From contig JBAXJN010000001.1 of NCBI GenBank assembly GCA_037137855.1, forward strand, positions 1 through 57,195: a stretch of DNA of 57,195 nucleotides, in the 5' to 3' direction. The position numbers were made by a program, and so were the translations under genes. This DNA is from Actinomycetes bacterium (lineage in GTDB: Bacteria > Actinomycetota > Actinomycetes > S36-B12). The notes beneath the pieces were generated by a model that was not told where the DNA came from, made no database searches, and saw only the letters and a list, made by a program, of their open reading frames with translations. Position 1 is the first letter of the stretch. Each line of letters starts with the position of its first letter. Positions 12,563 to 20,759 of the stretch are shown one piece after another.

Positions 12563-13087
12563 ATGAGCAAATTAACGCGTCGTGTGCTTGGCGCTGCAGG
12601 CACCGTGGTCTTCATGCTTGCTGTGGTTGGCACCAGTCAGTCCAATGCGAATCCGTTGCATTCAATGGCGAAACAGTCCGCGACCTCGACCAGCACTGCA
12701 GCGGCTGATTCGACACTAGGACTTACTCTTGTCAATCGTTTTTTTGCTCTGCTCAAGAATGAAGACAGTAAGGGTCTTGCCGGCTTTCTATCTCCCGCAT
12801 TTCAATTGCAGCGGGCCAATGGAACATCTGCGAATCGCGCGGAATACTTGGCTAACCCCGCAAAAGTGTCGGACTTCTTGGTGACGAAAACGGTTACCAC
12901 CCGAACTGGAAACGTCTTGGTTGTGCGCTATCAGGCGCAAACAACGGAAGTCATTAACGCCAATCCCGCAACGATGGACCCGGCTCCTCGGCTTAGTGTT
13001 TTTGCGTTACCAAAGACGCCGCATGCAACGTGGCAGATGGTTGCCCATTCCAACTTCACTGCGTTACCAGCTGATCAATATCGTTAA
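12563..13087 (+). CDS. Secreted hypothetical protein (possible NTF2-like fold)
   Basis: Signal peptide MSKLTRRVLGAAGTVVFMLAVVGTSQSNA. The assignment of the mature part to an NTF2-like/DUF4440 fold is inferred from sequence pattern only. Confidence 0.55.
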   Translation: MSKLTRRVLGAAGTVVFMLAVVGTSQSNANPLHSMAKQSATSTSTAAADSTLGLTLVNRFFALLKNEDSKGLAGFLSPAFQLQRANGTSANRAEYLANPAKVSDFLVTKTVTTRTGNVLVVRYQAQTTEVINANPATMDPAPRLSVFALPKTPHATWQMVAHSNFTALPADQYR

Positions 13088-13193
13088 GCTCGCAGGGATT
13101 AGTTCTACGTAACCACCAATTCAATGTGATAGTTCGCATGCGTATTGAAGCTGGGCGTCTAGACACTGGTGCAACTCGAAGCATCGGTAGCTA

Positions 13194-13895
13194 TTAGTTT
13201 GCGATCGCAGCTTCAAGTTGATTCGCTGCTGCTAGTAACGCATTGATCTGAGCCTTTGTGGCTTTTGCCAATGGATCAACCGGACCTGAGATTGAGATGG
13301 CTGCAATGACTGTGCCAGTCGCATCACGCACCGGGGCAGACAGTGAAGCCACTCCAGGTTCGCGTTGAGCAACTGATGCAGCCCAACCTCGTTTACGCAC
13401 CTGAATCAAATCTGTTGCAGAAAATGCAGCTTTATCGAGAGCTTCGCGTTGTTCTTCTGATTCAGTCCAAGCAGTAAGTACTTGGGCAGCGGACCCTGCT
13501 TTCATCGTCAAAAGTGCGCCAACCGGCACGGTGTCACGCAGGCCCCGAGTCGGCTCGGAGGCTGCAATACATACGCGTTCGTCACCCACGCGCCGGTACA
13601 CCTGAGCGCTTGCGCCGGTGGCATCTCGTAGTTCGCGAGCAATGGTTGCGGCGGCACTGACCCAGGTAGCCTGCGGGGTAGACCACTCAGCAAGTTGAGG
13701 TCCAAGAATGAATTGGCCGCGATCATTGCGGGCAACTACCCGGTGATGTTCTAGGGCCAGTGCCAGGCGGTGCGCAGTAGGTCGGGGTAGGCCACTGACC
13801 TCTGACAGTTCTTGCAACGAGAGTGGACCGCTCACAAGGCAGTCAATCAAGAGAACGACTTTGTCTACAACGCCGACTCCGCTAGAGTTGTCCAT
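13194..13895 (-). CDS. ltbR: IclR-family transcriptional regulator (LtbR-like), divergent from leuCD
   Basis: N-terminal wHTH ([20 protein letters not shown]) and an IclR effector domain. I place the start at the ATG at 13895. The longer ORF to 14144 would run antisense into leuC. Confidence 0.8.
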   Translation of the reverse strand: MDNSSGVGVVDKVVLLIDCLVSGPLSLQELSEVSGLPRPTAHRLALALEHHRVVARNDRGQFILGPQLAEWSTPQATWVSAAATIARELRDATGASAQVYRRVGDERVCIAASEPTRGLRDTVPVGALLTMKAGSAAQVLTAWTESEEQREALDKAAFSATDLIQVRKRGWAASVAQREPGVASLSAPVRDATGTVIAAISISGPVDPLAKATKAQINALLAAANQLEAAIAN

Positions 13896-13910
13896 ACCTT
13901 GATATTGCTG

Positions 13911-13925
13911 TCTCACATAGTGAGA
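13911..13925. promoter_or_regulatory. Candidate LtbR operator in the ltbR-leuC intergenic region
   Basis: Palindrome tctcacatagtgaga. The core cacatagtgaga (13914-13925) fits the C. glutamicum LtbR motif CA(T/C)ATAGTG(A/G)GA, as I recall it. Confidence 0.6.
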
Positions 13926-13955
13926 TGTCAAGTATCGACATTCGAAGGAGTAACG

Positions 13956-15353
13956 ATGGCTAAGACACTTGCCGAGAAGGTTTGGGAAGCGCATGTAGTG
14001 CGCCGAGCAGCAGGGGAACCTGACTTGCTCTACATCGACTTGCATCTGGTGCATGAAGTAACCAGCCCGCAGGCATTTGATGGATTGCGCGCCAGCGGCC
14101 GCAGTGTCCGACGCCCAGACCTCACTTTGGCCACTGAAGATCACAACGTGCCGACCATCGACATCCTTAAGCCAATCGCTGACCCAATTTCACGGGCACA
14201 AGTTGATGCGCTTCGTCAGAACTGTGCTGAATTCGGCGTGCCTATTTATTCACTTGGCAATATCGAACAGGGCATCGTGCATGTCGTTGGACCACAGTTG
14301 GGATTAACTCAGCCAGGCATGACCGTGGTCTGTGGCGATTCGCATACGTCAACTCACGGTGCATTTGGCGCACTTGCATTTGGTATCGGCACCTCTGAAG
14401 TTGAGCATGTCTTGGCTACGCAAACGTTGCCCCTGAAGCCTTTTAAGACGATGGCGATCAATGTTGACGGCGAATTGCCTGTGGGTGTTTCAGCCAAAGA
14501 TGTGACCTTGGCTGTCATTGCCAAGATCGGCACTGGCGGTGGACAAGGCTATGTTCTGGAATATAAAGGTTCAGCGATTCGTGGGCTTTCAATGGAAGGC
14601 CGCATGACCGTCTGCAACATGTCGATTGAAGCAGGCGCGCGCGCCGGCATGATCGCCCCCGATGACACCACATTCGAATATCTCAAGGGCCGAGATCGTG
14701 CGCCTAAGGGTGCCGATTGGGATGCAGCCGTTGCCTACTGGTCAACGTTGCCATCAGATGCTGACGCAAAGTACGACGCTGAAATCTTTATCGATGCCAC
14801 AACCTTGAGCCCATTTGTAACGTGGGGCACGAACCCAGGACAAGGATTACCGCTGTCTGGTTCAGTGCCTTCACCTGCAGATGCCAAGGATGAAGTGGAT
14901 CGTGTTGCGATCGAACGCGCTCTGGAATACATGGGCCTGACTGCTGGAATGCCATTGCGAGACATCAAAGTTGACATTGTGTTCGTTGGTTCGTGCACCA
15001 ATGGCCGAATCGAAGACCTTCGCAGTGTTGCTGAAGTACTCAAGGGCCGCAAGGTTGATTCCAAGGTGCGCATGCTGGTCGTTCCAGGATCTGTACGCGT
15101 CAAGAACCAAGCTGAAGAAGAAGGACTGGACGTCATCATCAAAGAGTCCGGTGCTGAATGGCGCGAAGCGGGTTGCTCGATGTGTCTAGCCATGAACCCC
15201 GACAAGTTGGCTCCGGGGGAGCGCAGTGCGTCCACCTCGAACCGAAACTTCGAAGGACGTCAAGGACCAGGTGGGCGCACACACTTGGTTTCCCCCGCAG
15301 TTGCAGCAGCAACAGCAATCACTGGCCATCTCGCTGCTCCGGCAGACCTGTAA
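13956..15353 (+). CDS. leuC: 3-isopropylmalate dehydratase large subunit
   Basis: Aconitase-family Cys ligand motifs ([22 protein letters not shown]). GAAGGAG lies upstream of the ATG at 13956. Confidence 0.95.
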   Translation: MAKTLAEKVWEAHVVRRAAGEPDLLYIDLHLVHEVTSPQAFDGLRASGRSVRRPDLTLATEDHNVPTIDILKPIADPISRAQVDALRQNCAEFGVPIYSLGNIEQGIVHVVGPQLGLTQPGMTVVCGDSHTSTHGAFGALAFGIGTSEVEHVLATQTLPLKPFKTMAINVDGELPVGVSAKDVTLAVIAKIGTGGGQGYVLEYKGSAIRGLSMEGRMTVCNMSIEAGARAGMIAPDDTTFEYLKGRDRAPKGADWDAAVAYWSTLPSDADAKYDAEIFIDATTLSPFVTWGTNPGQGLPLSGSVPSPADAKDEVDRVAIERALEYMGLTAGMPLRDIKVDIVFVGSCTNGRIEDLRSVAEVLKGRKVDSKVRMLVVPGSVRVKNQAEEEGLDVIIKESGAEWREAGCSMCLAMNPDKLAPGERSASTSNRNFEGRQGPGGRTHLVSPAVAAATAITGHLAAPADL

Positions 15354-15370
15354 GGGATTTGGAGTTCATC

Positions 15371-15958
15371 ATGGAAAAGTTCGTTACGCATATCGGCACT
15401 GCTGCACCGCTTCGTCGAAGCAACGTCGACACTGATCAGATCATTCCTGCTGAATATCTCAAGCGCATCACTCGTCATGGTTTCGAGGATGGGCTCTTTG
15501 CCGCTTGGCGCAAAGACTCTGAATTCGTTTTGAATCAGCCTGCGTATGCAGGTGTTTCAATTCTGATTGCTGGACCAGATTTTGGTACCGGCTCATCTCG
15601 TGAGCATGCGGTTTGGGCGTTGCAGGATTACGGCTTCAAGGTGGTGCTGTCATCTCGTTTCGCGGATATTTTCCGTGGTAACTCGGGCAAAGGCGGGCTA
15701 TTAACTGCCATGCTCGAGCAGGCAGATATCGAGAAGTTGTGGGCGCTCGTTGAAGCGGATCCGAGCACGTTGGTCACCGTTGATCTCGATAAGCGTGAGG
15801 TTCGCGCAGGAGGAATCACTGCCGTTTTTGAGGTGGATGACTATGTGCGCTGGCGCTTAATGGAAGGCCTTGATGACATTGGTATCACCTTGAATCAAGG
15901 CGATGCGATCAATGAATTCGAAGCAAAGCGGCCGGTTTTCTTGCCAACAACTGCATAG
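15371..15958 (+). CDS. leuD: 3-isopropylmalate dehydratase small subunit
   Basis: N-terminus [26 protein letters not shown] and motif [17 protein letters not shown] lies upstream of the ATG. Confidence 0.95.
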   Translation: MEKFVTHIGTAAPLRRSNVDTDQIIPAEYLKRITRHGFEDGLFAAWRKDSEFVLNQPAYAGVSILIAGPDFGTGSSREHAVWALQDYGFKVVLSSRFADIFRGNSGKGGLLTAMLEQADIEKLWALVEADPSTLVTVDLDKREVRAGGITAVFEVDDYVRWRLMEGLDDIGITLNQGDAINEFEAKRPVFLPTTA

Positions 15959-16162
15959 TCAGCAATCACTTGGTGTTGTTCAAGTGAAGGATGTGACTCG
16001 TGTGACTCGTCGAAGTAGACCTGTAACGCCATTAGTGGTGTGAATCACTAATGATTCCAACATGTTTTCCTCGGCGAGTCTTCGCGTCTGTCAGACAAAA
16101 GCATGACTAAATATGCGTAGTCGACAACGGGTCGACCATCCACCCTCCGGAGGGGTTTTTCT

Positions 16163-16549
16163 GTGAACAAGGCTGAACTAATTGAAGTTGTTGCAACCCA
16201 GCTCGACCTGAGTAAGCGTCAGGTTTCTGAAGTTGTAGACGCATTCCTCGACGAGACGAAGAGGGCTGTCGCTAAGGGCGAGCGTGTTGCCGTCAGTGGC
16301 TTTGGCATCTTCGAGCGCGCAGAGCGCAACGCTCGCTTGGGTCGTAACCCACGCACAGGCGAAGCAGTAAAGATCAAGGCAACCAAGCTTCCTAAGTTCC
16401 GTGCAGCTGCTGAGTTCAAGGCAACTGTTGCTGGCGCAAAGAAAGCTGCACCTGCGAAGAAGGCTCCAGCGAAGAAGGCTGCTGCCAAGAAGGCTCCAGC
16501 AAAGAAGGCTGTTGCTAAGAAGGCTGTAAAGAAGACCGCACGCCGCTAG
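16163..16549 (+). CDS. hup: HU-family nucleoid protein with a Lys/Ala-rich C-terminal tail
   Basis: HU fold (MNKAELIEVV...RNPRTGE) followed by (P/A)AKKA repeats. GGAGGGG lies upstream of the GTG. Confidence 0.9.
   Translation: MNKAELIEVVATQLDLSKRQVSEVVDAFLDETKRAVAKGERVAVSGFGIFERAERNARLGRNPRTGEAVKIKATKLPKFRAAAEFKATVAGAKKAAPAKKAPAKKAAAKKAPAKKAVAKKAVKKTARR
16454..16528 (+). repeat. Five 15-nt tandem units encoding AKKAP/AKKAA in the HU tail
   Basis: Units of the form gcgaagaaggctcca repeat in-frame five times with minor substitutions. Confidence 0.8.
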
Positions 16550-16558
16550 TCGTTACTT

Positions 16559-16600
16559 ACTGAAGGGCCTCACTGTTTTGGTGGGGTCCTTCAGTGTTTC
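16559..16600. terminator. Terminator hairpin between convergent hup and the cofC-like gene
   Basis: actgaagggcc / ggtccttcagt forms an 11-bp stem with one G-U pair, followed by gtttc. Confidence 0.65.
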
Positions 16601-17221
16601 TCAGGACTTGGTAGTCAACAACGCATTGGTAGCCGGCCCGACACCGATGCGTTGGGCATCCCACAGGTCAATGCCGGTATCGACATCTCGACGAGCACGC
16701 ACGAGCGCTGCCTGAATCTCGGGCCCGACGCCGGTGATTTCGATGAATCCAGCTTGGGCATGACGAGCATGGGATCGCACGCCAAATAAGGGAGTGCAGG
16801 CCATTGCATCGTGGGCTAACAGCATCGTTGTGCCAAGACCTTGAGCATCTGACACGAATGCCAATGAATGATCACTGGCGAACACGAGCACCGCGTCCAA
16901 GGCCTGCGACGTCAGGCAAGGAAGATCAGACGTCAGCACGATGACTGGTCCGCGGCTAACGAGGTCTAATCCTTGCTGAATATCTTCGTTTAACCCATGA
17001 GAAATCAAGACTTCGACCCGAATTCTGGGAGTACCCAGCACGACGAGGTCATCCTCATCGGTCACCACAATGATCTGGCCGATCAATTGCGATCCTTGCA
17101 AGGCCAGTAAAACATCACTCAGGAAGACCCGCGAAAGCGCTTCGCGCCCATTGGGATCACTCTCCAGCCTCGATTTTGCCTCGTGATGGCCTTTGACGGG
17201 CACAATCGCTGACCACTGCAT
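16601..17221 (-). CDS. CofC/FbiD-family guanylyltransferase-like protein
   Basis: N-terminus MQWSAIVPVKGHHEAKSRL and a nucleotidyltransferase fold. It is divergent from gpsA, as in mycobacteria. The start could be 17221 or 17239; the upstream part of the listed ORF overlaps gpsA. Confidence 0.7.
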   Translation of the reverse strand: MQWSAIVPVKGHHEAKSRLESDPNGREALSRVFLSDVLLALQGSQLIGQIIVVTDEDDLVVLGTPRIRVEVLISHGLNEDIQQGLDLVSRGPVIVLTSDLPCLTSQALDAVLVFASDHSLAFVSDAQGLGTTMLLAHDAMACTPLFGVRSHARHAQAGFIEITGVGPEIQAALVRARRDVDTGIDLWDAQRIGVGPATNALLTTKS

Positions 17222-17291
17222 GTCCTCATCCAACCGCATCGGGGCATTAGTCTTGGGCAGTGTTCTTTCGCGGCGGTCCTGGAGTCCAAGA

Positions 17292-18317
17292 ATGAGCCGC
17301 GTCGCCACGATGGGTGCGGGCTCCTGGGGCAGCGTCTTTTCCATGGTCATGGCAGATGCCGGCAGCGACGTTGTCATCTGGTCGCGCGATGGTGAAGTAG
17401 CAACTGAAATCAATGCGAGCCACACAAACAGTAGGTATCACGCAGGTTTGGAACTGCCCCTATCAATACGGGCCACGACCGATGCCCAGCAGGCACTGGC
17501 GGGCGCTGATGTGGTCGTCATCGCACTTCCAGCCCAAGAGTTGCGTGCCAACCTCGCCCAGTGGCGACAGTTCATCCCGTCAGGGGCGATCTTGGTGAGC
17601 CTGATTAAGGGCGTCGAACTTGGCACGATGCTGCGAATGAGTGAAGTAATCGCATCAGAAACCGGTGCAGTGCCGGAGCGCATCGTGGTGGTCTCAGGTC
17701 CAAACCTTGCCAGCGAAATAGCCCAGCGCCAGCCGTCAGCAACCACAGTTGCCTGCGTCGATGAAGGCAGTGCACAGCGACTCCAAGATGCCTGCACGAC
17801 CGAATATTTCCGGCCTTACTGGACAACAGATGTCATCGGAACCGAAATTGGCGGAGCCGTGAAAAACGTGATCGCAGTAGCGAACGGTATGGCTGTTGGC
17901 ATGGGGCTCGGCGAAAATTCGCAAGCCTCTCTCATGACTCGTGGCCTTGCCGAGATTGCCCGGCTTGGCGTTGTGCTTGGCGCTGATCCATTGACCTTCC
18001 AGGGACTAGCCGGTGTCGGCGACCTCGTGGCCACCTGTCAGTCACCGCTTTCCCGCAATCGCTCATTTGGCGAGAGTCTGGGAATGGGCAACAGTGTTGA
18101 GCAAACAATCGCGCAGATGAAGCAAACCTGCGAGGCCTACAAAAGTTGTGAACCAATTCTTGAACTCGCGAAAACTCATGGCGTCGAAATGCCAATTACT
18201 GAGCAAGTGGTCAACGTGCTGCATAACGGTGCGTCGGTGAAAACGATGGCTGCTGCTTTTATGGCTCGAGATACCAAGCATGAGCAGGAAAGTACGTCTC
18301 CTGGATTCACCCCGTGA
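17292..18317 (+). CDS. gpsA: NAD(P)H-dependent glycerol-3-phosphate dehydrogenase
   Basis: MGAGSWGS dinucleotide motif. GGAG lies 7 nt upstream of the ATG at 17292. Confidence 0.92.
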   Translation: MSRVATMGAGSWGSVFSMVMADAGSDVVIWSRDGEVATEINASHTNSRYHAGLELPLSIRATTDAQQALAGADVVVIALPAQELRANLAQWRQFIPSGAILVSLIKGVELGTMLRMSEVIASETGAVPERIVVVSGPNLASEIAQRQPSATTVACVDEGSAQRLQDACTTEYFRPYWTTDVIGTEIGGAVKNVIAVANGMAVGMGLGENSQASLMTRGLAEIARLGVVLGADPLTFQGLAGVGDLVATCQSPLSRNRSFGESLGMGNSVEQTIAQMKQTCEAYKSCEPILELAKTHGVEMPITEQVVNVLHNGASVKTMAAAFMARDTKHEQESTSPGFTP

Positions 18318-19384
18318 CCAAGATTCGAGTGGCAGTGCTCTTCGGTGGGCGAAGCAGCGAACACAGTATTTCTTGTGTCAGTGCCAGCGGAGTAATGCGC
18401 GCTCTGGATCCAGAAAAATACGACGTGTTAGCGCTGGGGATATCTCAGCGTGGGCGCTGGCTTCGCATGGACTCCCGTGCTGCTTTCTCAATGGCCTCTG
18501 GTGACTTGCCATGCGTGCCCGACGATGGCATGGGGGCTGCACTCAGCCCAGATCCGGGAGTTCTGGCAACCGAACTCGGCGCAATCGACGTTGTCTTTCC
18601 CGTACTTCATGGCCCTTGGGGTGAAGACGGCACTATTCAAGGGCTACTGGAGCTCGCTGGCATTCCTTATGTTGGCTCCGGCGTATTAGCTTCGGCTGCG
18701 GGCATGGATAAAGTAACGATGAAGGTGTTGCTCGCTCATGCAGGACTTAATGTGGGCAAGTTTGTATGTATTACAGATCGCCAATGGCGAAGTGAAAAAG
18801 ACGAGTGCATTGCAGCGGTAAATAATCTTGGTTACCCCGTGTTTGTGAAGCCTGCTCGAGCTGGCTCTTCGCGCGGGATTAGCAAAGTGACAAGCGAATC
18901 CGAACTCATCGCTGCAATTGAAGAAGCTCGCGAACATGATCCTCGAGTCATCGTAGAAGCGAGCGTTCAGCAATCTCGTGAACTTGAGTGCGGAGTGCTT
19001 TCAAGTGAATTTGGCTCACTTACTGCGAGTCGGATTGCCGAAATTATTGTTGGCGGGAAACATGAATTCTATGATTTCGAGGCGAAGTACTTAGAAGACT
19101 CAGCCGAACTAGTAGTGCCCGCTGACTTACCGATAGGTGTTGAACTTGAGTTGCAGTCCTTAGCGATTCGCGCCTTTGAGGCCTTGGGTTGCGAGGGATT
19201 AGCGCGAGTTGATTTCTTTTTAGATGGTGCGGGAAACATCATCATCAATGAAGTCAACACCATGCCAGGCTTCACTCCAATTTCGATGTACCCGCGCATG
19301 TGGCAGGTCAGTGGGATCGAATATGGCGAGCTGATTGACACGCTGATTAACGACGCGCTTCGCCGCGGTACTGGGCTTCGATAG
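18314..19384 (+). CDS. ddl: D-alanine--D-alanine ligase
   Basis: N-terminus RVAVLFGGRSSEHSIS and an ATP-grasp domain. GTGA overlap with gpsA. Confidence 0.93.
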   Translation: MTKIRVAVLFGGRSSEHSISCVSASGVMRALDPEKYDVLALGISQRGRWLRMDSRAAFSMASGDLPCVPDDGMGAALSPDPGVLATELGAIDVVFPVLHGPWGEDGTIQGLLELAGIPYVGSGVLASAAGMDKVTMKVLLAHAGLNVGKFVCITDRQWRSEKDECIAAVNNLGYPVFVKPARAGSSRGISKVTSESELIAAIEEAREHDPRVIVEASVQQSRELECGVLSSEFGSLTASRIAEIIVGGKHEFYDFEAKYLEDSAELVVPADLPIGVELELQSLAIRAFEALGCEGLARVDFFLDGAGNIIINEVNTMPGFTPISMYPRMWQVSGIEYGELIDTLINDALRRGTGLR

Positions 19385-19386
19385 CA

Positions 19387-20352
19387 GTGTCTGACTCAGG
19401 AACCCTTGCCGATCTCGGTGAATTCGGCCTCATCGATCGCATCACTGGCGGACTGCCGGATCATCCTTTGGTCATCGTTGGGCCAGGAGATGATGCAGCA
19501 ATCGTCAAAACTGAAAGTGGAAGCGTCGTTATCTCAACCGATGTGATGGTTGAAGGTCGGCATTTTCGCAAGGATTGGTCAACGCCAATTGATATTGGTC
19601 GAAAAGCCGCTGCAGCAAGTCTTGCCGATGTTGTGGCGATGGGCGCAGTCCCCACCGGCGTTGTTGTTGCCTTTGCCGCACCAGCTGATTTACCTGCTGC
19701 TTGGGCGGTGTCGTGCACTGCTGGTTTGCGAACTGAAATCGAAAGTGCTGGCGCAGCTCTGATTGGCGGAGATGTCACCAGTGCCGATGCAATCATGATC
19801 ACTGTTACTGCCATAGGTGATTTACAAGGTCGCAGCCCGGTGTTGCGAAGTGGAGCAAAGGCTGGCGACACGATCGCGATCGCTGGGCGCATTGGTTGGG
19901 CTGCAGCAGGCTTAGCCGTTCTCTCACGTGGCTTTCGATCGCCAAAGAAATTAGTCGACGCGCACCGTTGTCCGGAGCCGCCTTACCAATCAGGCCCAGA
20001 TGCTGCCAGGGGCGGTGCAACGGCGATGATCGACGTCAGCGATGGCTTGATTGCAGATGCTCGACACATTGCACATGCTTCACAAGTGGTGCTTGCGATT
20101 GATTCTTCTCTGATCGATGTGCCTAACGAGATTGCGGCGGCAGCCAGTGCCTACAACCTTGATCCACGCGAATGGCTCCTCACCGGCGGTGACGACCATG
20201 CACTCTTGGCCACCATCAAGAAAGGCAAACGAGTACCGCAGGGTTTCGTAGTCATCGGTGTGGTTGAACCGGCAGGAGACAAGGGCGCTGGCGTCAGCGT
20301 GGATGGGCACTTCGTCACCATCGCCGGTGGGCATCTGCATTTTGGTGCGTAA
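19387..20352 (+). CDS. thiL: Thiamine-monophosphate kinase
   Basis: AIR-synthase-like fold (GDDAAIV, DVSDGL). Confidence 0.9.
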   Translation: MSDSGTLADLGEFGLIDRITGGLPDHPLVIVGPGDDAAIVKTESGSVVISTDVMVEGRHFRKDWSTPIDIGRKAAAASLADVVAMGAVPTGVVVAFAAPADLPAAWAVSCTAGLRTEIESAGAALIGGDVTSADAIMITVTAIGDLQGRSPVLRSGAKAGDTIAIAGRIGWAAAGLAVLSRGFRSPKKLVDAHRCPEPPYQSGPDAARGGATAMIDVSDGLIADARHIAHASQVVLAIDSSLIDVPNEIAAAASAYNLDPREWLLTGGDDHALLATIKKGKRVPQGFVVIGVVEPAGDKGAGVSVDGHFVTIAGGHLHFGA

Positions 20353-20359
20353 AACAAAT

Positions 20360-20384
20360 CAGCCCAGGTCAAAGACCTGGACTG
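20360..20384. terminator. Hairpin between convergent thiL and rpmB
   Basis: cagcccaggtc-aaa-gacctggactg forms an 11-bp stem with one mismatch. The flanking T/A runs are weak. Confidence 0.5.
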
Positions 20385-20405
20385 ATAAGACTTGTGATGG
20401 TGCGT

Positions 20406-20594
20406 TTAGCCGCGAACGACCTTGCCTGCTTTGAGGCATGAGGTGCACACATTTTGACGCTTAGGGGTCTTGCCCACCAGCGTGCGAACCCGCTGAATAT
20501 TTGGATTCCAGCGACGCTTGGTGCGCCGATGTGAGTGGGAAATCGAATGCCCGAAGCCTGGGCCCTTGCCGCAGACGTCGCAGTTGGCAGCCAC
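20406..20594 (-). CDS. rpmB: 50S ribosomal protein L28 (Cys-containing zinc-ribbon form)
   Basis: [11 protein letters not shown]...[14 protein letters not shown] lies upstream of the GTG. Confidence 0.93.
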   Translation of the reverse strand: MAANCDVCGKGPGFGHSISHSHRRTKRRWNPNIQRVRTLVGKTPKRQNVCTSCLKAGKVVRG

Positions 20595-20759
20595 AGTGCA
20601 CTCCTTCTAGATATTGCTTAGCCGAGGTCGCGCCGAAGCGGATTACTCGTCCAAGCCTGGTGTTGGATGCTGCTAGTCGTACTCGCAGCCGGCTTAGGCT
20701 ACCGGAAGGCAGGTGGTCAACCCAAATCAGGGCAGAGGGGGAAGTTGAGGTGGTGGCTG

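Noticed and set aside
13896-14144. N-terminal extension of the IclR ORF (316 aa) and the extended leuC ORF from 13812
   Set aside because: The two extensions overlap each other antisense. The conserved N-termini begin at 13895 (MDNSSGVG...) and 13956 ([10 protein letters not shown]..., with GAAGGAG). The extensions contain no homologous sequence.
16141-16162. ccctccggaggg followed by ttttt, looking like a terminator just before hup
   Set aside because: The palindrome has no loop and allows only about 4 bp of effective stem. GGAGGGG is better explained as the hup Shine-Dalgarno, 7 nt upstream of the GTG.
16454-16528. Short tandem repeats (HU tail, and the rpsP tail at 40031-40084) considered as a possible CRISPR or other repeat array
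   Set aside because: They are in-frame coding repeats of 15 and 27 nt with no spacers, inside conserved genes. No cas genes are present.
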